A DNA stretch of 64,000 nucleotides from Tubiluchus corallicola (taxonomy: Eukaryota; Animalia; Priapulida): assembly GCA_030141605.1 (NCBI GenBank), contig JAQGDQ010002380.1, forward strand, positions 186,001 through 250,000. Reading direction: 5' to 3'. The position numbers were made by a program, and so were the translations under genes. This document shows, piece by piece, positions 52,911 through 64,000 of the stretch (positions are counted from its first letter, which is position 1; each line of letters begins with the position of its first letter). The notes beneath the pieces are model-generated. The model made no database searches and had not been told where the DNA came from. It saw nothing but the letters and a program-made list of their open reading frames with translations.

Positions 52911-54746
52911 TCATCACGGAATAGTAAGCAGTATCAATAATGTGCACACGTTCCACACAGTGTTCGTTACATATGACAAACACATTTTTTAAAATTTATC
53001 CTGCAGACCTGCATACTTTACAGTTTAGTACTTTATGTAGTTGGTCATATTTACTGCCACTGATATTTATGACGAAGCAAAAAACCTTCATAAATCATAA
53101 ACAATAATATCAAGTAATCAGGCCTCATATTATTTGAAAGGTTTCATCTATTTTATACAATCTGCATGCGAGCCAAAACTGTTTAAATAATAGTTTACAT
53201 CAGTTCCATAATATTATTAATTTCACATATAACTGAAGGGTTTCACATTAAACTGCATGAAACACAATCATGTGGTGAATTGTTATTAGAGAAGAGTAAT
53301 TTCAGGATAAACTTTACCTAAACTGACCTGGCTCGGTGGTGGTATGCGATCGTGCCATTATTATTCGCTGGTATCAAATTACGAAGCGTCAATAAAATAC
53401 AAAATTAGAAATTTTCTGCATCGTCGAAAATGGCTGCTAAACTCGCTGAATAGCTAGAGAATAATTTGACATATATCAGTAAAATCGAGGTGAATCCGTT
53501 GAGAAAAAACCGTAAAATATGAAAAAATAACCAAATATTTCGCTCCTACCCAATGAATAGTTTCACAAAATAAAAAATGTTCGTCCTGCTGTAGAAAGTT
53601 TGTAATAAATACACAATTAACTAGATACACTATAGATTTAATAACCACTTATTTCGAAAGGTCTTAATTGTTCTGACTATTTAAATTACAGGCCAAAAAA
53701 TAAAATAAAACAATGCATAGCTTCGTAATTTACGATACGTCGTGGTACAACGTACATAAACTACATAAACTAATTCACGTCGTTATCTAATTATATTGAA
53801 CCATTAATATTGCTTTCTCTTACTTATATGTTTTTCAAGCTAAAGAAATAGCTTTTTGGTGCGTTATAAATCAAAAACTGTTTTAAGTTGTTTTGTGTCA
53901 ACTTCATCTCAAAAACAGCAAAACTTCTGAACTAAATAAAACAGTAAACACTCTATAAGCACTAGGAAAATAAACTGTTACAAGCGTTTTGCAAAAATAA
54001 ACTGTTACAAGCGTTTTGCAAAGACGGTGTTTTCTACACGTAATTTTGCCCACAGATATTTTATCTGCAAAAAGCAACGAAACATAAGCTTATCATTGGT
54101 ACTTGGCATTCTAATTAAGTAATATTTTTTATTTAAATAGGACAGCATTAGTTTCCAAACTGCACAACAATATTGAAGCGATCTTCGCAAGAGTTTACTT
54201 AACTGACATCGTACTTGGTGCATTGACTTTAAGTCTAACTCCTGTGTACGACATATATAAAAATATATTTTATGTTTCTTATCAATGTGCCGCCTCTCCA
54301 TATATTTATCCGGATGTTGTTACGTTTTTACTTTAGATAGAAAGTGATCTTGAACTACGCCGTTAGTTCCATTTTCCAAAATCAAAGGTAAAAAAGGTTT
54401 CACAGGCCCAACTGTTGGTTTTCTAGCTTCGCAGTATAGCAGACATAACATATTTTAAAACAGAATGATCAGTTAAGGTGTATATGTACAGAGGGTGATC
54501 TGGTTACACTGTAAGAGCTGAGCAAATTTACGGATGCGTGAAAATAAACAATAGATTTAATATGATAGCATTGTGAACAGAGATGGACAGCTCGTGGAAC
54601 GAGGGTCATTTGTTTTTCCACTCGTTGTTGGTTTTGTCATTAAATGCTGGTTAAATTCACAAGTGAGAACTTTAATTACCGTCACAGGGCTTTCTCGGGT
54701 TTATTTAAAGTTCACTGATTGTCTTCGTGTTAACTGTTGTTAAATG

Positions 54747-55226
54747 CAGGGCCTATTTCAGCCTAAGCGAGGCCCCCTGGGGGGGGGGGGGGCGTTGGAC
54801 GGGCGCCACCATGGTTGGCGCCCAGAAAATTTTTGAACTGCTAGAACGCCGGAGAAGTATTTTCGAAGAGAAAATATGAAGTTATACAGTTGTTAAAGGA
54901 AAGAACAATTGAAAGAAAAACTGCTTTATTCTCAAGACCAGTCCTTAATACTTGTCAAATAGTCAAATAAAAAACAACATCTTTGCAATATGTGATACCG
55001 TACTCTCTCACTTCCGTACAAGCCGGTGTTAGAAATTCCGAAATTGAAAACAGCTGAACATCGCACCGAGCCGCTCAAGGCAAACGGCGCGCGTGCGGCA
55101 AGAGAGAGGGAGAGAGGAGACAGTATGTTCGCAAAAAGCAAAAAAAATGTTACTTCGGCGCGAGGCCCCCCTGGAAGGAGAGGCCCCAGGGAAGTAACCC
55201 ACTCCCCCCCCCTGAAATAGGCCCTG
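54747..55226. mobile_element. Young non-autonomous hAT-type MITE, 480 bp
   Basis: Perfect 15-bp TIR CAGGGCCTATTTCAG...CTGAAATAGGCCCTG, perfect 8-bp TSD GTTAAATG (54739-54746; 55227-55234) and subterminal GAGGCCCC motifs. Confidence 0.92.
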
Positions 55227-56750
55227 GTTAAATGTATGTAATTAAAATATAACTGGTTAGTTAATTATGTCTGCCTTCATGTTTTTTTGTTAAGTAGCAG
55301 TTCAGTAACTCTCGTGGTGATATTGAGAAAAATGATTTACGTGGTGCGTGCTGCTAAAATATTGCATGTACACAGCACAGGTACAATACATTCTTAGACA
55401 TTTTGGTTACTCTGCAGAAAAGAGTGACCAGAGCTATAAATAAATACCCCAATAAGTCTTCTCTTAATGTACAAAGTAGTTCAATTCCTTCAACTTTACT
55501 TTCAAACACTTAACTATCTGTTACTGTATCAATTTCTTTTCTTCAGGTCTGCTTAATCATTACCTATTTGGCTTTTGTTAACTACTTAATTAGTGCATAA
55601 TAGACTCTGCCTATATGAACTGGTTGCATGTTTGTAAAATTACCACTGGTGATGACAGCAGCAGCTTGTCGAAACGTTTGGTATGATTTTAGCAATTTAA
55701 AGTAAAAGTTTTAATACCGTTGTATTGCTTTTAAAGTTCTATAAATGTTTTTAAGTGTCTGTAATAAAAATTAACTTCGTTATTTTGTAGATTTACTTGC
55801 CTTCCTCGTCACAGTAGGGAATATGTGTTTTTTTACTGTTACATAAGAGGAAGTGATTAAGAAAAGGCATAGGTTCGAGAAGTGATCTTTTCCCTAACTA
55901 ACACTGTTTAAATGTAACAAAGAATGTATGCCTAGCGATTATATAAAGCATTACTTGTAACACAAATTGCAAATAAAAATGTAAATTACTTTTGTGTAGG
56001 CTAAACGTCTTTTAGAAATGTGTACATAAAACTAATTCCTAAGCTTCACGTCGCAAAAAGGATGGCTAAAATTTTACTATGAATATATTCATCAACTCAG
56101 CAAGCCAAACAAAGGTGTAAGCTATATAATGTTCTACAGATTCGCTCGCTATTTGCCTTACGATATATCCTTTGCATAGGGAAGAGTACGCTTACAACAG
56201 AATTATGTGTTAGAAATTAGAATGTTAATATATATTTATTTTACAGTGCAACTTATTATAATGGATACTCCCACGAATCACGGTGAGCAACGTCAACGAT
56301 GCCCAGACTTTCAAATACGAGTTCTGTCCAATTCAAATCATGTAATGTTGCTGATTACGAGAATTTCGCACATTATCGCCTTGCATCATCCAAAATAGTC
56401 GAAACCCTAACATTCCACGCCAATGAGTCACGCGAAACTTGATTTACTGCACTGTCTGCTACCTTTTCTTTTACCCCTGTAAATTGATTTATTACTGGCG
56501 CCCATACAGAACCCGTTATCAGTTCAAAATTTGTGTCAGACTTCCACTGTCATCTACCCAGTGGACAATAAGAAGCCTGTAGCTATTTGCATTATAATGG
56601 TGAGCTGGCATCATTGCGTACGGTCACATGCAAATCTTGTTCCAGGAATTTCTGGTCGAAAGACTTGACCCGAATACTCATCTGGATGTTATTTTTGTTG
56701 TCCTTGTTGGAATTGGATAAGAGGCTGTGTAACCAACATTTACAATAGTA

Positions 56751-57390
56751 ATTATAATAACAATAATTTCGTTTAGGACATAAGCCAGGTAATCCACCGT
56801 AGGTAATTCAATACTTATTTCCGTGGTGGTTCCAGTTATTACCCGCATGCGGAGCTGGATTATGGCTTTTTGGGGCCCCTACGTTAATGAAATTATGGGG
56901 CACCCTCAGACGAAGCCACCCCTACCTCGCCGCATCCGTCTTGAATATTTTTTTACTTGTGATATAGTTTAGCGACATTTAAGTAGGTTGAAATAAACTT
57001 ATTGCAAATTCTTTAAATAAACCAGAATAGCATGTCTTTTGTTTGTCAATAAAAATATTCTTTAAAAGAAATATCCCTATTTTAGTATTTATTGCCAACC
57101 AAATTAGCATATATTCCAACATAACCGTAGTGAAAAACACAAATGTCAACCAAAGTTTGAAAGCTCCCCCCCCCCCAAGCATGAGCAGTTCTAGGCTGCA
57201 ACCTACGCTGGCCTGTTGGATAATCCAGTCCTGCCCGCATGTTACTTCGATAATCATAAACACGTACGCTTATCAAAGAAGAACCATCGGTACCATTTTT
57301 AAATCTTTGGAATTTTTAAATCTGGACAGTTGGCCCGCAATCTCCACGGTAGTAAGCGAGCACGTTACCACTGAGCTATTCCCACACCCA
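56751..57390 (-). mobile_element. Older copy of the same tRNA-SINE, interrupted by a hAT MITE
   Basis: Shares taatttcgtttaggacata, gaagaaccaNcggtaccattttNaa and aagcgagcacgNtaccaNtgagcta with 59355-59593. It is split by the 56850-57233 insertion. Confidence 0.75.
56850..57233. mobile_element. Non-autonomous hAT-type DNA transposon (MITE), 384 bp
   Basis: Perfect 8-bp TSD CCCGCATG (56842-56849; 57234-57241). TIRs CGGAGCTGGATTAT / rc CAGGACTGGATTAT. Confidence 0.8.
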
Positions 57391-58503
57391 ATAACTATAG
57401 ACAAGTCAATAATGTTCCATCTAGCAGCAGTGTAACTGCACAGCTAAATAACACAAGGAGGACGTTTTCAACAGAACGACTGAACTACACCAAACAACAG
57501 GGGCAACTTTTGTAGATGGTGTGGTGCTGGTAGGAAGAGAACCTTTCATGAATGATAATCCTCTGCGATTTCAAATTAGGCACTCATATTGCGAACTAGC
57601 AACAGTTAACGTGGCAGTAGTAAGGCATTAAAGTTATTATGAAGTTCCAAGTAGGGTATGGAAGTTATTATAATTTTTGGTTTCGATGCTTAATAAATTA
57701 CTTAATAAAAAGCTGATTCGACTCCAATGTTTACATTGGAACTGGAAGTGGTGCTGAATTGTGAATGTGTGTGTAACGTATTTTGTTAATCATGTTTACT
57801 ATTGACAAGCTATCAGCATAGTAGTGTTAGTTTTTTGCTGGATTCACTGCTATGTTTACCTGTATTGAGAGCAGATTTCTTTTATTTTAGAATTCTCCCT
57901 GTCCACTACAACATGTGGTTGTTTCTTCTCCTCTTTTCCTTCTTCCTATCCCTAATCTTACTATTTTTTTCCATTCCATCATTTCTTCTTGCCCCAACCA
58001 TTCTTTCATTCTCTCATTTCCTGTCACCTCAACAAGCCAAGCTTTCAAGGTGTCATACAGCAACTCTTTTATTTGGTTAATTTGACTTCATCAACGTTTT
58101 TTAACCTATACTGTTTCTTTTTTTTCAATAATTTTGTACGTTGATGTATTGTATATGTATTGCTGGAGTGAAATAAATTGATTTTGATTTTTGAACATAG
58201 TCGTAATGGGAATAAACTATAATGATACGATGATGAATGTTTACAGGTTCTAAACTGTACTTTGCTCATCGGCTTTACTAGAAAACCTGTATACAGAGTT
58301 TGTATTGTTTTTGTATATTTTTGTAACTACAACACTTAGTGAAAACACATCGTGAAATCAGACGCGCCATACATTCTTGCTTTCAATGCCAGCTGGAGCC
58401 TGGGTCAGTTGCTTAGCGATAAATAACCTAAATTTGTTAATGTAAGTCACTACGGTTGCTAGATGGAGACTTACTTTTTGCATCAGACTGAATAACAATA
58501 AAA

Positions 58504-58504
58504 A

Positions 58505-58567
<63 letters not shown>

Positions 58568-58645
58568 CAGCAGTAGCAGTAGCAGTAGCAGTAGCAGTAG
58601 CAGCATCAGCAGCAGCAGCAGCAGCAGTAGTAATAATAATAATAA
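58504..58645. repeat. (TAG)n(CAG)n(TAA)n compound microsatellite
   Basis: Direct reading. Confidence 0.95.
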
Positions 58646-59354
58646 CTTGTAATTCATAATGGATCTATTTCAGATATTTTAGTATAATACAAGTACTGTC
58701 ATAATATTCATTCACAGACCAGTTAGCTCAAGGGAAAAGAATTTTCACCTCAAAAACTGCTATATATATATATATTATTTATATATCATCTATATATACA
58801 TTTATTTGCATATTATAATGCCATACATTGACAAGTTAGTATGATGGTAGCAATGTAAATTACTAAAGTAATTAATTAATTGAACAAAAGTGTTAGATAC
58901 ATAGTTTCAATTTCATCGTACGTAAATTCGGGTATTAATATTTCGTTGTTCAACGTTCAATAAAATTCACGTGCTACTACTAATCCGATCATTGCAACCA
59001 TAATTATTGTCATAATAACGTAGAAAAATTTTATTCTTTCCCAACGTTGTTAAGCTATTCTGAGTATTTAAGACTGACAATGCACGCAAGAGTTCATTTT
59101 TAGAGTTATCAATTGATTTCGATAGATTCAGAGCACGTTTAACAATTATCTTTGTAAGAGGATACGTGTCTGCAAAGCATGTTGTCATACTACAATGAGA
59201 ATTCCTTGGAAAAACACGGCGTAAAATTTTTCTATATTCCATTGCTAATGGATCGTTATTGTCTGTTAACTCAAATATTGAGCTACCATAGAAAAATGTA
59301 TAGCAAAAAATATGAAGATAACAATTTCATTAAAGCAGATTTATTAGTTATTAG

Positions 59355-59593
59355 TAATAATAATAATTTCGTTTAGGACATAGTCCAGGGATATCACCTT
59401 AAGTAACTCAATACTTTTCAAGATGGTCCCGATTACCCGTTCAAGGTGGTCCACGTACTACGATAAGTACGTGTGCTTGGTTGAAGAACCAGCGGTACCA
59501 TTTTCAAGTATTTGGTATGACTCGGTCGGGAGTTGAACCCGTGACCTCCGGAGTGAGAAGCGAGCACGCTACCATTGAGCTACACCACCCGGT
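59355..59593 (-). mobile_element. tRNA-derived SINE with a Meta-domain-like core and (ATT)n tail
   Basis: The minus strand has an A box (GTAGCTCAATGG), a B box (GGTTCAACTCC), then GTCATACCAAATACTTGAAAATGGTACC and a tail ...CCTAAACGAAATTATTATTATTA. A second copy lies at 56751-57390. Confidence 0.8.
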
Positions 59594-61449
59594 AAGTAAC
59601 AGTTAAAAAAGGATGAAAGTGAATTAGCAGCTGTAAAGCCACTTTTGAAATATATGACATCCAGTGATTGATTTAAATCATAGGTGACAATACGCCCTAA
59701 GTGATTAACACTATCGTGCCATTTTAATACTTTTCCATTAATTTCAATATTAGTTACATTAGCATGTTTTCATTTTCTGAATAGAATCATTTTCGGTGGC
59801 AAACTCCCTGCATCTTTTAATCATCTTTTTTGAAGCATTTACAGACGGAGCAAGGAGAGTTACGTCGTCCGCGTAACCAGTCGCCCCGACAAATTGGTTT
59901 AGCAAGTAACATTCTAATCTGCTTTTTTAGCTTATGTAGTAGATCATTAATATATACCGTGAACAAAATCAAAGAAAGCATGCTGCCTTGTCTTATTCAG
60001 TGAGTCGGCAGTATCACAGGTCACGTGACGCAAGTAAGCAATAGCTACCCTGCATCTTTATTCGAATAGCTCACAGCGCAAAAAAAGCTTCGTGCCAATC
60101 TAAAGGCGAACTATTCTGCGTTTCAGCGTTGCACGGCAATTAAAATCTCCACCGAACTTTCGTGTTGAACTGCAAACGTGAGCATTACATACAAATAAGA
60201 TCTTGGAAATGTGGTATAACTTTTCCACCTAGACATTTCATACTCAACATGCAGCTGGTCTTTTCTTGTCCTTTAAATGATCGGTTGTGTCCGAGTTTCA
60301 CCACTTTTTGAGGATGCGGTAACTGTAATGTTATTTCAACATTTTTAACGTGCAGTTAACTTAGGAATTAATTACAGCCTATAAACTGTTAGCTCAGCTC
60401 TTTAAAAAACGAGCCCACTTCCTAAATTCCCATTTCCAGAATGGCTTAATAAAATTACAGGTCAATCGGGTAAACGATAATAATTTTGCACTTTTTTGAA
60501 AGCGACTTGCTGCTCCTGTTCTAATAGCATAAACACTGCAGCAAATAACAAAAAGTCATATTATGAATGTACATATTATTGCGCTTTTTACTCATAATTG
60601 TGGAGCAGCTTTCATCGATTCAATGGCATGCAGCATCGTTATTAATATATCCCTGGAACAGGATATGATCACATATTATGAGTCTTCTCTTCCTGGAGGT
60701 AACTTAAATTAATGACTTGCGTAACAGTAGTATAGATAGACATTTCGCACCACAGAAAAATCGTATAATACTGCGCGCTACAGTCAAGCACGCAATTCTG
60801 CATAATTTTACATAATTCCAGACACATTTTAGATAAATTCCCACAAAGTTAGTCACATGTATCATGATGTATGTCGTTTGGTAAAACTAAAAACACTTAC
60901 CGTAAAAAAATTATAACATTTCCGCCAAGAATTTTTCCCATCCACCATTAGACAGCAATGCCAGCTTACAGCTATGAAGGTAGGGTTACCAAATTAACGT
61001 ATTTTCAACAAGCATGAAGTTCTAGCAATCTTTGACAAAACGTCGCCCTGCGGTCACTTTTAATCAACTGGACCTTATGTCGTATTGTTGTTTTGTTAAC
61101 TCGCCAGTGAGCATTTCGTCGTCTGCTGATTGCACCTGTTGCGCTCAGGTGAAGATGCTTAGCTTCCGGCTTCAGCGAATGAATGTTGAAACCTCCTCTG
61201 GCTGAATCAACGAAGCTGTAATCAGATACAGCGCCACACTGTGGCAAATACTCTAAACATTGTACATGCAGAACCAAGCCGTCTGTGTACACTTCACATT
61301 TTCATAGCAAATTTCCTTCAATAAAATAATGCAAATGTTATGTGAAATTTAATATGAAAAGTTTGTATGTTTGTGAATGTCCTTATTGGATATTACATTC
61401 TCTGATATATTCCGTATAATTAAATAATCGTTTTATACTTTTTTGTTTG

Positions 61450-61582
61450 CATTTAGACACATTTGTCGTGAAACAGTGTTATTATTTTAACATTATGACT
61501 ATAATGTTGAGGCTTACTCAGTTTTATTGTAAAAACAATGAATCATTTTAATGAGAAATAAAATACTACTACTACTAATAAT
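61450..61582 (+). mobile_element. Short 3' tail of the same LINE family
   Basis: catttgtcNtgaa..cagtgttNttattttaacatta...tgaggNttactcaNttttatt...cattttaatgaNaaataaa matches 27615-27716 and ends in (TAC)n. Confidence 0.6.
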
Positions 61583-61727
61583 AAATGCCTAGGCGTTCAA
61601 TGAGGGTGCCAATAGGAAGGAAAAAATTTACTATTTGTATAAAAGAGGACGTCTTATGATCAATTCTAATGTGCAATTCAGAGCCAATGCTAATGTATCA
61701 GGTTTTTAATTTACAGGCCAATGTTAA

Positions 61728-62335
61728 AGGAAAACAGGATAATTCTTCATATATTGCTCCATTTTCAGGTCAGATAAAAAGTATGCATTTTAACAGAGTT
61801 AATACTGCGAAAATTGTTTCTGATAACCAAGTAATAGATTTTAAACTTAATTAACGGCAGACGAGCACAACTATTCATGACATCACAAACTAAAATAATT
61901 TTCAACAACAAAATCTTTCCATGAGTACGTTGCACAGTTTGTTAAAGCGAAAATTGAAGTACAGTGCTACTGTAAGATTTCAGTGTGCTGTACTAAAATT
62001 AGGCAAGCTCTAAGATAAAAATTCACATTTCAAATTCACCTCTGTGCTCACACATAAGCTGTCTAACGTGTGTAGTTTGTCACAAACTAACACATGTAAA
62101 CTGATAGGTACAGCACCTGTTTTTGTACAATGTATTTCCGAAATACAGACGCTACTGCCCATCCAACTACGAATGGCAAACAGCAAGGAACTAGTGACGC
62201 GAAAGCGAAATTGTGTTTGTGTGGTGGTAATAATTGTTTCACGTAAGTCACTTTTGAAAAAAAGTATGTTTCCTTTGAATATTTTAAAGAGTAGTTTGTT
62301 TTGACCTACAGTTTAAGATTGGGTCCAGTTTTGCT
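61728..62335 (+). mobile_element. Kolobok-like MITE, full-length copy
   Basis: TTAA|AGGAAAACAGGAT ... GGGTCCAGTTTTGCT|TTAA. Closely colinear with 20280-20856. Confidence 0.8.
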
Positions 62336-64000
62336 TTAAGAATTTAGTGCTCAGACATAGCTTTATTTCTCACACTTTTATGTATTATGTACCAGTTTGA
62401 AACTTCAACATTTTTCCAAAAATGCAAAAAGTGACAAATTTAGACAATATACAAGTACAGATTTAATTTATATATTATTTAATTGGTATGTCGGACACAT
62501 GAAAATCAACATGTTTTTTCAAAATATTCAGCATTAGTCTTTTTGAGTTTGCCTTCAACTCATATTATTGTCATTTGTCTCTTACTAAAAAATCAGTTAC
62601 GTTCACTTAAGAACTCAAATTAATTAGAAGCTTCTGAATAAACTACACGGGTTTCCTCTTTACGAAACATTAGAAAAACCACAAAAGCTTATGATGTTTT
62701 CTGGGACCATGATGACGTGGCTTGATTCTGATTATGTAAGTAATCTGATTATGCTATGACGTATAATATAATATGGCTTGATGTATATAATTCTGATTAT
62801 GCTATGACATGTATAATATAATAAAGACAGATTTTACTATTGCGAGTCAGCAGAGAGATAGCTTGTAAAAGCATCAGTAGAAAGAAATGGAAAGCAAAAT
62901 ACGTTCAAATAAATACAATCAAATTGAAAATATTCGTCATTTCTGACAACCAAAAATACGTGTATTATTGTGCTGACATGATAATAAAGATGACTGAGAC
63001 ATCAAATACACCTTGCAAGACTGAAGACAATTTCAGACAATATTACATACGCAATAGATTACATAGGTCCCCATATTGATTTGATTACTGAGTGTAATCC
63101 GTAATAGGATACCCTGAACCTAGACCTGTGTGTGCATTTTCAATGAAATCAAATAACATGTATCCCCTAAAATACAACCACAAACATAAATGCAGGCCAT
63201 ATGAGTGCTTGATAAAGACACATAGAAAACATATGTGCAACAGTAATACAAAAACTGTGCTTAAATCAAGTCATCTAAACCAAAAATCATTAGTATTCTT
63301 CAAGGTTATATACAGATGTAACCAACATTTCACTAGTGGCACACAGTGTTTTCTAGGAACTTAATTTCTTAGTACAGATCTGTTTAGAAGTTACGAAAAT
63401 ATCCCTAGTCTATTGCTTCAGACTTAAAAGTAATTTTTTATAATATCAACTTATACAGGAACTATTCTTCAAGAAATGGACTATGACCCCCCTATTGTTT
63501 GGAAAGCTTCTCGGATCTTATCCTAAATACTGCACATTTCAAGCAATTTGTGAGACAAATTGTGGTCATCCCCAATAACAGAACAGGTTTGAATAAGAGC
63601 CTGGCATATGACACTCTGTGCCATCACCTTTGCAGAAAATGCTAAAATTAAAATTATTTACACAACTATAGCTATATGGAAAAGGGAAGAGTTAAGTGGT
63701 GTAGCCACGACTAAGCTTGCATTACAAGTAATGGGTTTAAATTAGTCGAGAATGACGACTTGATCCGAGCGTCCAAAACCGGGAGTTTTCACGTTCACTC
63801 TTCGCCACGGTTTGCGAGCGATCTTTCTCAGTTCGATTCCAGTCAACTGTTTACGAACTTTCCTAAAAATAAGAAACAGCTCGAGCATAGGATACAAAAC
63901 GCGATGAATATACATCTACTGCTTTTAAATTTTAATATTTCTATTGTTTATAACACAAGTATGTCAACGAAATCTGGTAAAAAAATTCCATGTAACAAAC

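Noticed and set aside
62044-62304. 86-aa ORF (and the ORFs at 34832-35119 and 61669-61854)
   Set aside because: These lie within or overlap non-autonomous MITE copies, and the frames are not conserved between copies.

Overview
AT-rich, repeat-dense eukaryotic DNA. The 5S-like sequence and the GPCR suggest an invertebrate, probably a spiralian such as an annelid or mollusc (inference). Only one host protein-coding exon is convincing: the first coding exon (N-terminus, TM1-TM2) of a minus-strand rhodopsin-class neuropeptide GPCR of the SIFamide/NPFF-receptor type (10280-10550), with clear splice sites on both sides. Positions 1-10279 are probably its next intron, and the sequence above 10663 is 5' intron or intergenic. 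The rest is mostly transposable-element remains: a 5S rRNA-headed SINE with an RTE-like body and tail, tRNA-headed SINEs, a tRNA/5S hybrid head, four hAT-type MITEs with 8-bp TSDs, five copies of a TTAA-targeting Kolobok-like MITE, a MULE/foldback-like MITE with a 9-bp TSD, CR1/L2 LINE 3' remnants and a Harbinger transposase relic. There are also many microsatellites, minisatellites and higher-order repeats. Most ORFs in the track are simple-repeat artefacts. I found no multi-gene novel system; the best leads are the composite Pol III retroposons and a nested foldback structure. All family assignments come from pattern recognition, not database searches.
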